Of a stretch of 64,000 nt of DNA, positions 24,201 to 36,887 are shown piece by piece. Within the stretch, counting starts at the first letter, position 1. Every line of letters begins with the position of its first letter. Source of the DNA: Lingula anatina (lineage: Eukaryota; Animalia; Brachiopoda). The notes under the pieces are model-generated. The model did no database searches and was not told the DNA's origin. It saw only the letters and a program-made list of their open reading frames with translations. The position numbers and the translations under genes were made by a program. The stretch lies in assembly GCA_051362555.1 (NCBI GenBank), contig CM120644.1:12050567-12114566 (forward strand), in the 5' to 3' direction.

Positions 24201-27200
24201 TTAAGATTTTATGGGACAACTGGTTTTGATAAGGGATTTTGTTGTCTGAAGTTGCTACTGACTGTGGTTGCTACTGACTTTTTTTTTTTTTTTTTACACA
24301 GTATCTGATGAAGGCCTGCGTCCAGGTTGGCCATAAGCTACAATATGGAAAGTTTCGACTTGTGTTTGATAATTTTCAAAAATGTGACATATTGAAAGCA
24401 TTTGATTCATAGGCATTCATTCTTTACGTGTAACCAATATATCCAATCTGTTTTACTTTCTTGTCCTCCAGGGAGATCCCTCTGAAGATCCTGTGCCACA
24501 ACAACCTGTGTGGCCGTCTGATTGGTAAGCTGGGTCAGGTGATCAAGGGCATCATGGAGCAGACAGGGACAAAGGCCAGTGTGTCAAGGTGATGACCTAT
24601 GTGTGTTTGTTCATAGTAATTTGAACTAAAGCCATTTGATTTAGGGATAAATAGGGTATATTTAAAAAAAAAATGTTTGGTGACATTTGGTACATCGCTG
24701 CATTTTGGGGTCATCTGTAGACAGGTCTTCATGCGACGACATTCTTGGTGATTGCTTGTGAATTAACAGATTTGACAGAAAAAAAAGTTGTAGTTAAACA
24801 TTGTACAAATTAATGTTTGACTGTGCAAAGTGATGTAATGTTGATCAGATACCATGAGCAAGTTAAAAATCACAAGTTCAACATTTCAAAGTGACTGAAA
24901 ACATATCTGATGGTGATGGATTTGATGTTAAAATGTTTGATTTCAGTATCCATGAAATTGACCCAATGAACATGGACCGCGTGGTGACAGTGAGAGGCTC
25001 TCTGGACGCCATGCCAGAGGCGGAGGCCAAGATTAGTGCAAAACTCCGAGCTTGCTATGAGCAAGATATGCAGAACATGGTGAGTTTTCTCCCATGATTT
25101 TCTTGGTTTTGATTTTGGTGTGCGATGAAACTTTTGCTTATTCAAACTTTTTGCATAGATTATGAAATTGTATGGTGCAAGTTTTTTCTGTTCTCTATTT
25201 AAGAATGAAGATTTCTGGAGAATATATGTTTGAATTTTGATTTATACTTAAAGAAAAGATAAAAGAAGTCAAAAGTGGTTTTTTAAGTTAAATTAGATCA
25301 GTAATGTAAATAAATACAAAGCCAACTCTGTCATCACTAAAAAAAAAATTATTAGATGTACGTATTTTGGGGAGAAAAGAGAATTATAGGTATGATTGTT
25401 TGTAATATGTGGGAGAATGCCCCCAGATGGCCTGAAGAATATTCCTCCTACATCCCACTAGGTAAGAGAGTATGAACCCCAATTACTTACTTTGTAGCCT
25501 CAAAATGTACTTATGATGCAGGGCATGAACCCGATGGCTCTTATGCAGCCTTATGGACCCTATGGGATGAGAAGCGCCCTCTATCCACAGGTAAGTCAGG
25601 CAACTGTAGCTCCTAGCATTTGCCCTGATTGGCTGCAGATGTTGGAGAGCCCCATCTATTGACAATACTGCCATCACCTGAAGATTTGATTGTGTAATTC
25701 TTCAGATGTTGACAGGGATTGTCTCTTGCAAACTATGCCTCATGCGCAGACAATTGTTTGAGCTGTTTTTTTGTGTGTTAAATGTTCCCCCATATGTGTT
25801 ATTTATTTCACAAAACTTGTTGCAGTGAATAAGTTCTTGAGCATCCCAAGATGATGAAAAGTGGCCATTATTGGTGTTGATTAATGACCAAAACCAAATA
25901 ATGAGACTGGAAAGTAATACATTTTATCTTGACGGTTGTCTGTGCCATTTGTGCAATTAATTCTATTTGTTTGAACTGTTTTCTGACGGAGAAAAAAAAG
26001 CCCCATTATGCTCTTGATATATTTTTGGTTAATTTGTGCTTCACAATTTTTTCTGAACACTGAACCTGGGAAGAGAGTCTCTAGGGGAGTGTTGTGAAAT
26101 ATGAATAATTCTATCATATACAGAGAGCATATCTTAATGGGGGCATTTTTTTCCACTATATTTCATATTTTAGTCTTTTTACTTTAACTGATCTCATGTG
26201 CTTTGTGCTTCATGACTTCGAGAATTACACACAATTTCATCTTATTTCACTTCTCAAATATGACCTCTGTAATAACCCACAACCTCTACCACCCAAGTCG
26301 GGACTTCAATGAACTCTTCCTCATCAGTCAGAGAGTCCATTCTTGTCTTGACGGGAGTGTAAAACAGTGACACATTCCCCATCATTTGTAGGTGTGTATG
26401 CAAGGAGAGGCAGTACAATACCAAGTAAGTCCTAGAAACAATTTGGCAATGAGCATGGGCAATTTTTTTTTTTTTTATTGGAAATGTCATATGTTTATTC
26501 ATGTCTATATATTTGTGTATATTTTTGGTGTAAAGCACTTATTGGTGGTATTTACCATCCTTTTTGGATGGGTTTACACACTTCTATGTTTTTTTTGGTA
26601 CAGGAAATATTATTTAAAATGTGATGGGTTGGGTGTGTTTGAAGCTGTAACTGACAGTAGAATTTACATGTATGTGCATCTAGCAATTAGCATGGTGTTC
26701 TAGATGATGATCTCTGTTGTAACAATGTTTCTTTTTTAATTAATTAATTGCCTTATTCCCTCCCCTTACTGTGAAAGTTTTTGGTTTTTCAAAAACCGAC
26801 AATAAATGAAGTTTGATGTTGATTAAAAATTGATTTATTGATTAATTTTTTTTTAAATATATATTTTGAAATTTGACAAAATTCAAATGAAAAGATTTTT
26901 AGTGCATTAAAACCAGAATTCCACACCCTTTTGCTTGCATGCAATACATGTAAATGTTCTGACTGGTTTTGCTCATGCTCCATTGTTTTTAATTGTACTT
27001 GGTATTTTACCGGGTCTCCCTTTGTTGATTGCATAACTATGGCTTTTATTTTCTTGTATTGGAGACATTTTTTTAGAAGTTGAACAAAACTTGGCTTTAT
27101 TGGATTGTTTGGGGTTACTCACTTGTAAAGAGAATGTTTCACAAATTTGCAATAAATAGTTGTTAAAGACTGGTTTGATATGCACAGCCCAACCTTCAAC

Positions 27201-29663
27201 CAGAGAGCAGGCAAATATCAAGCTTGTTTTTAGTTGAGTTTTTGTCACTTTTGAAAGGTTCCCTACAATAGATGCCACCCACCTCCTCTGTTTCTTTTTT
27301 GTCCTTTTGAAGAGATGATTGAGCACACTTTTCCTTTCCACTACAAAACCAATTTCATAACTCTAATAGCAGCTAATTCAACAGTTTTGACTGGTGTGGT
27401 ATGTTCATTACATGATTGTTGTTTAGCCTTTTCTTTTCACTATTATTTGCAGCCTTTTAATTAACATAACCAAGGTCGTATTGTACTGGATGAAAGTCAC
27501 ATCACTGTCTCTTGTTTTGAACTTTGTTTTCTTTGGCTTTTTTTGAGTCGCATTGCATAATATATGTAGGCATGGCATCTGGGGAGGTTGGGGGGAGGGG
27601 GTCAGTCAATTTTGGATATAAATCTATAACTTTTTTTTATTAATTTTAGTACCAACAATTCTTGGAAATTCCCCATTGTCATGCTTGCATGCTTAAAATC
27701 TGTGTGAAGAGACATGCTGTGTTGAGTCTTGCGTGTCTACCTCTGTAGCCTAGCACCTTATTTCATCCACAAATTTGGTCGCTTTTGACCCCAGTACCCT
27801 TTCCAGGGCCCTGGTGGCATGTACGGTCATGGCGGCAGTGGTGGCGCGGGCGGCTACCGTGGCGGGATGCAGTCCACCCAGGCGGAGACTACCTACCTCT
27901 ACATACCCAGCACTGCAGTGGGGGCCATCATTGGCACGGGAGGGCAGCATATTAACTATGTGAAGAACGTGTCTGGAGCTGGTATTAAGGTACTGATAAG
28001 TTGTGGATGGAAAGAGGGGAATGGTGGGTGATTTGTGTGTGTGTGTGTGTGGGCATTGTGAGAGAGAGGGAGGGAGGGGGGAACATGCCTCCAGCTGGTA
28101 TTTTACTACATAATTTCCCAGGAATTGATTTAGTATTAAAATGTTATTTGCTATTTGTACATGTTGGAAATATTATTACGTGACACTCATGTAGAGGGTG
28201 TCAATGTTGACAGGCATTAAAGCAGTTGGGTATGTGTGTGTATGGAATGGGAAACTATGCAGCATTGTATTTGTAAGATGGTGCAGGGTTTGGTACCATA
28301 CTCCAGCATATGGCATTGTTTTGAAGTTGGGTCTATTTCAAACAAGTACCCTTTATATGATCCAGGTTGCCGATAAGGATGAGGACCCCAATGCTCCAGA
28401 GAGGCGAGTCACCATCACAGGGAACTATGATGCACAGTACAAGGTATGCTCCATTGCGTTAGTACCAGTTGGGATATTGGTTGGTGGCAGATCGCCTTTT
28501 TTTCAGGTTTAAATTAGTCCTGATGTGAACATGACTGAAAATGCTTGTGTTATTAGCATAAAGGTTAAATTTTAAGTCTTCCTTAAGAATTTAATTAAGC
28601 CCTACTAAATTTTAATCTTTCGGCCAAATGCCTTCCTCATAGCTTTGATTGAAACATTTATTAAAATCGGGTTTTTCATTATAGATATATTAAAATCGGC
28701 ATTCCCCATTATATTTCAGGCCCAATTATTGCTCTTCCAAAAGATAAAGGCTGAGGGCTTCTTTGGCAATGATGACCCTACCCTGAAAGTAGAGATCATG
28801 GTGCCCCGCAGTATTGTGGGACGTATTATAGGCAAAGGAGGAAAGAATGTACGTATATAAATGGTTTGGAATGTTTTTACAGCCTGCTTCCATGAATAGA
28901 TGCTCTGGATTGCGTATGCTGTAAAATTTTTAAGAAGCAGATGCCTTTTTTCACCTGTGATTAGTTGTCTTGTATTATTTATATTAGTATTATTCATTTA
29001 TTTATTTGTACTGTAGATCCCACCTGTCTGTAAAATAAAATATATTTGAAGACTATTGACTATTTGGAAAATGTTCAATATTGACTAATGGATATAAATT
29101 AAAATTTATCAGTGTAAAAACTTGAGGGTGGGGGGAGTAACTTCTACAATTGACATGATGTTGATTTTTTTATGCCCATTTGCAGGTGCGTGAGCTTACG
29201 CGTATCAGTCGTGCCATTATCAAAATTGCAGAAGAGCAAACAACTCAGGGAGACGAAGTGGCTGTGCAACTAGTGGCCCCGTTTGAGAACAGTCAGGTAC
29301 ATGAACATAAGCATGTATGGAGGGAGCCTTGACTTAAAACCTAATATCAAACTTTGGCTTTTCATATAAGTTGACAAAAAAGTGAACTGCTCATCTTGGA
29401 TTGTATTGAATTTCAGAAATATTTTTAAGTCTATGCATTTTGTTGGCAAACATGTACGTATTACATAATCAAAACAGTACAAGTGGCTTTATTTTATTAC
29501 TGAGCCTTGCATATTTTTTAAAATTTTTTTACAGCTTGCCCAGCGTAACATTCGTTCTGTTGTGCAAAGTCAAATGATGCCAGGGATGGGAGAAGGCCCC
29601 CGTGGTGGGGGCCCTGGGCGTGGCATGGGGCGCGGGCGTGGTGGACCACAGAATGGCCAATAA
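8663..29663 (+). CDS. IGF2BP: Insulin-like growth factor 2 mRNA-binding protein (IGF2BP/Imp/VICKZ): 2 RRM + 4 KH + RGG tail, about 588 aa
   Basis: Exons 8663-8849, 12640-12694, 18693-18796, 19284-19347, 19680-19728, 19967-20061, [20724-20810 or 21136-21222], 24026-24166, 24472-24588, 24947-25079, 25498-25590, 27795(or 27807)-27989, 28366-28443, 28720-28848, 29186-29296, 29535-29663 (TAA); all phases join in frame. N-terminus [20 protein letters not shown] (RRM1), then DFPLRILVP..GRGG (KH1), [21 protein letters not shown] (KH2), [10 protein letters not shown] (KH3), [12 protein letters not shown] (KH4). Confidence 0.95.
13788..13988. mobile_element. Palindromic MITE-like element in IGF2BP intron 2
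   Basis: Nested inverted segments ttctca/tgagaa, ttagatcga/tcgatctaa, gggg..tcac/gtga..cccc and ctgtcag/ctgacag; CpG-rich relative to the host intron. Confidence 0.6.
16998..17004 (+). promoter_or_regulatory. TATA box of a putative internal IGF2BP promoter
   Basis: TATAAAT about 150 nt upstream of ATG 17157, with no intervening ATG after the box apart from the adjacent aaATGc. Confidence 0.5.
17157..17272 (+). CDS. IGF2BP: Alternative first coding exon of IGF2BP (acidic 39-aa N-terminus replacing RRM1)
   Basis: Good start context (atcATGG); encodes [39 protein letters not shown]; donor TC|gtaagt in phase 2, matching the acceptor at 18693. Confidence 0.75.
20724..20810 (+). CDS. IGF2BP: IGF2BP KH1 exon variant A ([29 protein letters not shown])
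   Basis: 87 nt, cag|...|gtaaaa, phase 2-2, open reading frame, intact GxxG loop. Confidence 0.88.
21136..21222 (+). CDS. IGF2BP: IGF2BP KH1 exon variant B ([29 protein letters not shown])
   Basis: 87 nt, tag|...|gtaagg, phase 2-2, open reading frame, intact GxxG loop; paralogous to 20724-20810. Confidence 0.88.
21844..23653 (+). mobile_element. HINE/Helentron-type non-autonomous element with internal tandem repeats
   Basis: 5' sub-TIR ATGTACAGAC (21846) with adjacent inverted copy GTCTGTACAT (21864); (GTCGCC)n microsatellite; 159-bp tandem units (anchors at 22019, 22178, 22337); 3' sub-TIR GTCTGTACAT (23622); terminal hairpin gacagc-ttt-gctgcc followed by ttgtt. Confidence 0.75.
26392..26424 (+). 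CDS. IGF2BP: Candidate 33-nt cassette exon of IGF2BP ([11 protein letters not shown]) in the KH2-KH3 linker
   Basis: tttgtag acceptor and CAA|gtaagt donor; phase 0-0, matching the flanking exons; no stop codon. Confidence 0.6.
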
Positions 29664-32600
29664 GAAGTCACCAGAAAAGTAGTGCGACCACAAACTGCTA
29701 CTATGTTGAATACCTCTGAACAACAGGTCATGTTGAAAAAAAAAAACCAAAGAACGGGATTTTAACTTTTTTTTTTCCTTCTTATTAAACTCCTGTTCTG
29801 TAGTAGTGGTTTAGTCATTCACTTATTTGAAAAAGAAAAAAGAAAAAGCAGATGATTGAAGTAAAAATGTAAAACGTATGTTTGTACATATACGTCTTAA
29901 TATTGGTATTTTTCTGGTTGGAATATTTTTTTTCTTTCACCTATTTTTGTCTTTGTTTATTTCTTTGACTCCCAAGTTTGCTCACGGTGTTTATAAAAGG
30001 AGTGATTTTACATCTTTTGAGACACCATGTGATCAAAGGCATCAAAATCTGGTTGCATTGACGAGTGTTGGCGTGCGAGTAACGAAGTAGAGAAATTTTT
30101 GCGACTATTGCAATGTGAGAGGCTTGAAGGAAAAGGAGGCTCCTTGAGAAGGAAAAAGGCCAATAATATACAAGTTTATATCACTTCTCAAGGATGCCTC
30201 GGTTGAATTTTTTTGTAGTACATTTATACTATGAAGAAGATAAAAAAAGCGTAAAAAAAGATTAATTTTAGACCATTGTTGATGTTTGAAGTATATCATG
30301 GTCTTTTTGTAAGAGACGTATAAAGGTTTATTTTTGATACTTGTTGATGATGATCTTTTTTGTTAAACTTTTTACAAGGTGTATAAAGCAGCGGCATTGT
30401 TGTTGTTGTTTATTATATTATATTGATAAGATAAATGGAAACCAGCTACGTCTACACCTGAGAAAAGGTCTTATATAAAAGGAGTTCAGTCTTTATGTAC
30501 TCCAGCTATCTTGATCACTATTCTGTATACCACCAGCAACAGTAACAACATGGAAACCAACTCGATCTGGATGAAAAGACACTTCAAAAATGACCGCTAG
30601 ATAATGTACGCTTGACCTCTCTCGACCATGGAGAATTTTTTTTTTTTTTTTTTTAGTTCTGTCTCTTGTCTTGGAAACTGTATGAAGAATCGGATGATAA
30701 CTAAAACTAAAAAGGGGGAATTAAGTAAAGACCAAGACCTCTAGATCAGTTGACTCGGCATACTGCAGCCGAGCCAAGGCCTTGGTCATGTGACTGTTTT
30801 TACAAAACATCAGCGTCACAGGATATGGATGATAATTAAAACCAAGGGACGAACTGAGCTACCTTATTACGATTCCCAGTCATTTGGCAAATGATATGTA
30901 CATATAAGAAAAAAATGTACAAAATGCTGTTTGTGGGTTGCCTTCAGAGGTCCAAAACCTTGGGAAAAGTGAAAAATGGGAAGTTATGTGGAAAGCTCTT
31001 ATCCCTAAGGTCGGTGCAAGATGTTAATTAAGTGCTGTGCCTATAACTTTCTGCATTGATTAAAAAAAAAAAAAAAAGCTTGGGGTTTATGACTGGAAGC
31101 TATCCCCCCCTTCCCCCCCTTTTTAATGAGGCCTAAAGCTGACATTTAGGGGCACAGGGTGGGAATGCTAGCTCAGTTCTTCCAGCTTGGAATTGGTACC
31201 ATAATCTTATTTGAAGGAGGACTATTTTGATGCCTTTTTGCACTATTATACTGCCACCAGGAGTAAAATGTTATTGATGAGTGTGTACTTTCGAAGCTGC
31301 ACAGACTGAACCCTGGTAAGAGTGTGCATGTATTCTTTATTCATTTGTTAAGTAAAAAGAGGAGAGATATAAGTGGTTTAACTGAAGCTTTGTTTGGGTT
31401 GAGTCTGTGCGGTATTTCAATTTGGGGAAACTGGGCAGTACCAACCAATTACAGGATGTTTTGAATTATTGACACGTGCGCCCTAATAAGGGGTTTCTGA
31501 AGAGTGTTTCCCAAATAAGTTCAGGTAAACTGATGACTGAATTGGTATCCAGTATGTTTTTGCTACAGGTAGAGACTTGGGACAAAGGTTAAAAAGAATT
31601 GGTTGTTGCTGCCCTTTTTCTTCTCAAAATTCAGGCACCCTGAGAGTCACGTCATAAACTGGGAGAATATGGCGCGATCTTGCTCTCAAACCACCACTCA
31701 CTATTTCAAACAGCTAGAGCAAACTAGACGATGATACACAGCAAGATGATAATGATGATATAATACCACACTTTACTATGTGATGCGATTTCTATTACTT
31801 CTTTACTGTAGCTTATTTTCAAGTTGATTGGTAAATTTTCTCCTGTTTTTTCTAATCCCTTAATATTACATTATTGGGCATTAATCCCCCTTGTGTATCT
31901 ATTTAGCATTGGATGCCTAGCAGGTTTGGTGTGTTCTTATGGCGGAGGACAGGCCTACTGTGCTCTGATTTGTGTAGTTATTTGCTGATTTACACAAGTA
32001 CAGTGGCCCAGAAGGACTGAAAGCTTCGCCCTCAGAAAACACCAGACTTGCTATTTTTTCACTGTGAGTTGGCCTTAGTTTTCATGAGACAGAATTTGGG
32101 TCGAGTTTTTATTTTTTTTTCGTTTTGCAATACATCTTCACTCAGGAGTCTTAAAAAAAATAGAACTTGTTCTAAGGGTGGCAAGTAGGTTGAAACACCC
32201 TGGGAATGGGTGCCATTCTCGTGAATTGTATTATTTATTTTGGGAGAATTATTTCATGAGATTTGCACCAATTCAGGGCTCCTCTTGTCACATGGTCTGT
32301 TGCTAATGTTAATCAAGTTGCGTAGGTTGATTGAAGAGAGTGCTCTGTATGATGTAATGTAGAGACAGAAGACGGGGGCTATTGTTAATATCATTATTAT
32401 TATTATGCAGTCCACCAGGGTCTATTTATTTCTATTACTGAAATTACAGCTTGTGGGAGGCTGGTGCACAATGTATGGCAACACAAAGCTGCTGGTTATT
32501 TTTAAGTTTTTTAAGATATTTTTTTAATTAATTTTAATGGAATCAGAGGGATTTATTTTTTTCCTTTTTGTTTATTGTTTATTTTTTAAAAGGGAAAATG

Positions 32601-34915
32601 CTTTCATGTTGTTCAAGCTGAAAGTAAGTGCATGGTCTACCTCAAATCCTATATAAATACAGTCAAAAACTGGTCTGGTGAAAACCCATTTGATTTAACT
32701 TGTTTAATATTCAGTCCGGGATGGTACTGATAATGGAAGCCTGTTTATAATTTCAGTATTTCCCCCTAATTTCTATTCATATTTGGTGTCTGTCAGAGCG
32801 CTCACTTTGTGGTCAACTTTGTGACTTGGTTGAATGGTCCTACTGATGGTTGGCAGCTACCTTTGTACCAGCAAGGGTCTCACAGGCATACAGCAGGCTG
32901 AACAGACTGCACAACATGGGCGCAGTTATGAGAAACGGGTTCTTCTAACAATCTTTTTCTTTTTTTGCTTCAGCACAGATATAAAAGTTTTAAAAAATGC
33001 TGGGGTAAGGAAGCTCACTGAATTAAGTGTGCGGTTCTGGTACTTGTTCATGAATACCACCCTGCTGTTTCAAATCTGTAGACTAGTGTGATATGTTTGA
33101 ACTGAGCCCATGGGTGCCGGAATGTGCGGTCTGCTGTATCAGAAATGGCACTTTAGAAGAGTGTACATTACAAATAGTCAACAATTTTAACTCTTAGATT
33201 GTCTGTTAAAACTAGACCGAACTTCACTGCAAGCAGCAGATTGGTGTCACCTCATGTTCATGTGTTTGGAATTTGGATTAATAAAAAAAAAAAAAAAAGA
33301 GAAATTGCAGGCTGTCTTGTTAGAAACGTGGTGCTTTGATATCACATTTAGAAGAATAAGATGGGTAACCCCTCTTAGCCTTCCTTGGTACCCACTGGCA
33401 GGGGGGAAAGGTACCCTGTGTAAGGTGGCCTTAGTCACATATCAGGAAGTAAGAATTATTGCACAATGCCAAGAAGCAGGAGCAGAAAACTTGTATGAAG
33501 TATGGTCTAGTTTTTTCGGCCATTGCATGTAATGATTTCATATGAATTCATTGTATTTGCCGTTTGTGGCATACAGTGCATGGGGACACTTGTGTTATAT
33601 TATTATCATTATTATATTACCCAGATGGCCGTTGATGATATTTAGTATTAGTAATTGTAATTTTTGCTGGCACGAAGGGATTTTGCTTCAGGTGAGCTGT
33701 ATCAATGTATTTGTGTAGTATTTCCTATAGCTTCACCAGCTTGATGTAGTTAACTATTTCAACAAAGGAAAGGTGGAAAAATCTAGCTGTTATGATTAAC
33801 TGACCATGGGTTTTCTCTGATATTCAGTAAACAGACATGTACGGTGTGGGCAGAGAGCTTGTGCAGTTAAACGTTTCTATCAAATTATCTAAGAGAAGTC
33901 GGCAAAGATTATGAAATGTTTTCCTCAGTCATTATCTTAAGGGAAAAAAAAAGATTGTCTAGGATACATTTTCTGTACGTTGATCTGCTGGCTGTTTCTT
34001 CCCTTTTCCAGGCAGTGTCCCCATGCGCTCGTATTGCATTCACCATGTATTTTTTCCTTAGTTATTGTCCAATGGTAGTCAAATGGAGGTGCAGAGGAAC
34101 AGGGCTGTTGGCAGGAGAGAAGGAAGATGCCATTTTAGAACTCGCCTTGAAACGGCTGATCATGGTCTGATGATGTAGCAAGCAAAGGGGGGGTTTACAC
34201 AGGTGGGTTTGCTCTTCTTAGTTGGGTGTTCTAGCCAGTCCAACAGCCCTGGTCTTCCTACTGCACAATGGTATTAAGAAGTAAGAAGAAGTATATGATA
34301 ACAATCCACTGCAATCCTAACACCATCTACACCACTGTCAGTACCATCATATCTTTTAAATGGAAAAGTGTACAGATCGAGTGGACCAGCTAGCGCATCA
34401 AGCCTTTCACTCCAGCTTACCCCGTCCCTGTTGTTTTACTGGCCTCACTCGGGCAGGATGGTGTTTTAGCCAGCAAGCTCTAAAAAAAGCCAAAATGTTT
34501 TTAACCAAAGTAGTGTGAAATCCGTGGAAGGAGAAAAATGAGATATATCATTTTCTTTAATAGGGTTAATGCATTTTACCTGGCTGCCAGAGTGAGTCTA
34601 GTTCAAGGGCCTCTTGTGCTATATGGTCTTTGTGTACAGACCAGCATATTCTGAAGCTGCCATAGGTTTTATAATGGGGCCAGAATGTGTATTTGATATG
34701 GCCCACCCTCTGTAAATCAGAATGGACCCTTCCTCCTCCTGTGGTTATTACATATATATGATATTAAATATATGAAAAGAAAGGGCCATTGTGATTCGTT
34801 GAGGGGTGACAGGTATGGGCGTGGCTTGGTTGTGAAAGGTCAGCGCAGCTGATGATAACTTTTGAACACTCCGTTTCTACCATGAGAACAAAATAAATTA
34901 TTCTAGTTGAAAATG
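29664..34915 (+). other. Long IGF2BP 3' UTR (about 5.2 kb)
   Basis: U-rich, without coding exons; ends at AATAAA 34892-34897 followed by a GU-rich element (tgtttgtttgt). The end point is inferred. Confidence 0.55.
32637..32644 (+). promoter_or_regulatory. let-7 8mer seed site CTACCTCA in the IGF2BP 3' UTR
   Basis: Exact complement of let-7 nt 2-8 plus A1; IGF2BP/Imp is an established let-7 target in vertebrates and Drosophila. Confidence 0.6.
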
Positions 34916-36630
34916 TTTGTTTGTATTCATTTTCATGTGTATGTGTAATGTGATATATTGATTAGGGTATATTATACACGTTTGAAAATGTTCTAAAGTC
35001 GTTAAGAAAAGCCTACATGTCTTCCCCAGTTAGGACCTTTGGAATTATAAAACTTTCAAATAAAAGTGTCCGATGACGATATTTCTTTCTGAAATGTTCA
35101 AGAAGACAGTGGTCCGAACGTCTAACCAAATTATTTTATTAATGTGGTATAAAACAATTTAAGTGCAGGGATTGGTGGAGTTGATTTGCGATGCTGGGGG
35201 GAGGGAGGGGGGTCAATTTAAAGATTGGATGTCTTTGATATACACAAGTACCAAGGGAAATTTTAATAAGAAATAGTTGGTGCAATTCTTTAGGCTAACG
35301 GCTCGTAAATATCTGCCAAATGTTAAATGTAAACATGATGTGTCCGTACATAGAAAATAATTTTATCAATGTTGGGGTCAGTTGCACTCATTGATCAACT
35401 TACAAAATGTGTCAAGCTTTTTGATAATTTCCCCCCCAGCATATACATAAAAGAGAACAAAAGCTTTCCAGGACTTGCTGATTTATTCCGTGACATGTTC
35501 ATGATACACTAAATGGGCATTTGGTCCAAATGACCCAAGAAGATCATACATCTTTACTTCAAAGTACCATATTCATCCAAGTAAGACCACCACCATTTTT
35601 CTGGTTGTGCCAACTTAGACCCAGTATCCCTGGAATAATCCTGGGTATTTGTAGGCCACCTGGGTGCAAACTTGGATGAACACCGTATTAGTCACTTAAA
35701 ATATTGCACAAAGCCATTTTGAAAAGACGCACTGCCATTAATTGCTACCATTAAGCCATTATTCCAGATCTTCAACAGGATGCTCTGGTTTAACATAATT
35801 TTTGTTCAACATTTTCCTGAATACACATTTTATCTTCTAAAGTTTCTTTGTGTCATGTTAACAATAAATCTGTATAGTCGAGGTCACCCTTCCCAAAAAT
35901 GTCTTATCCCACTATTAACAAGGCTGTATAATTAAGTCATTACAAGAAAGCTTGCAGTTAAAAGCAAGATGAAATTTGTCTCCTTTATAGCCTTCGTTTG
36001 ATGTCACTTTGGCGAGGTTTCCATGACAATAAACTCTTCATTTCCATGGCTAAACCTTTATTAAAATAGCATACATTTGCCTTATCACTTCAAGCTTTCT
36101 TGTTCATGTAGCCTACAAGTAAATAGACGAAGGTATCTCTTTGTGGTCACATCTGGTATGTCAAAATTTTCTCTTCACAATTAGTAGCATTATTTTTTGT
36201 CATCAAGTTTAACATATCTGTCTCAATCTCCACTTGTTTTTAACCCTTGACAGGCCTGCCCGTTTGTTGGGTATTTGATATCTCCAAAATGGAACAACTT
36301 TCAGAAAGAGAAATCTATAATCTTAGCAAAATTTGAATAAATTTTTTTTCAACTGAATATTGATTTTCTTTTTATAACCATGTTACACATAATATCTCTG
36401 TGCTTGTTATTCCACTGCATGCATGTATAATAAGAGGATGAGTAGAAATAAACTTTTTTAAAGAAGAAAATGCACATTACAAAACAATTTCACAACAATT
36501 ATCACAAAAATATATATATCAATATTTATACTTATGTTCATGTGGAATGCTGTCTTTCACTTGCAGTCAAGTCACCTAAACATCTATCAATGGATTCAAG
36601 TTTAAACAATCTCAAGGACAATCATTAGTA

Positions 36631-36887
36631 CGGTAATAGCTCGATCATTTCAACCAGGCAAAATTATCAATTTTTCAGGTACAAAATTTTGGAATTCGTA
36701 AAAATACATTTCTATGTAGCATTTTGGTGCTTTTTCTGCATAGAAGAGAACATTTAGGTAGTCTTCTTTTCAACTGTGTTGCTACCACTCACTAGGAATG
36801 TTCTAATTTTAAAAATTTATTACTTAAAAATATAGTATCTGAAAAAAATTCACAATTTTTCCAGTTGAAATGATCGAGCCATTACCG
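36631..36887. mobile_element. Tc1/mariner-type MITE with TA TSD
   Basis: TA|CGGTAATAGCTCGATCATTTCAAC ... GTTGAAATGATCGAGCCATTACCG|TA; imperfect inverted repeat extends inward to about 60 bp. Confidence 0.8.

Noticed and set aside
25427-25461. Possible extra exon (cag|atggcctga...ag|gtaaga)
   Set aside because: It contains an immediate stop and would leave an implausible 36-nt intron before the 25498 exon.
27749-27794. Upstream tag acceptor for the KH3 exon
   Set aside because: Out of frame with the KH3 reading frame.
30928-30938. 11-nt complement (CTGTTTGTGGG) of the CCCACAAACAG motif between the KH1 exons
   Set aside because: It is 10 kb away in the last exon; most likely chance and not usable co-transcriptionally.
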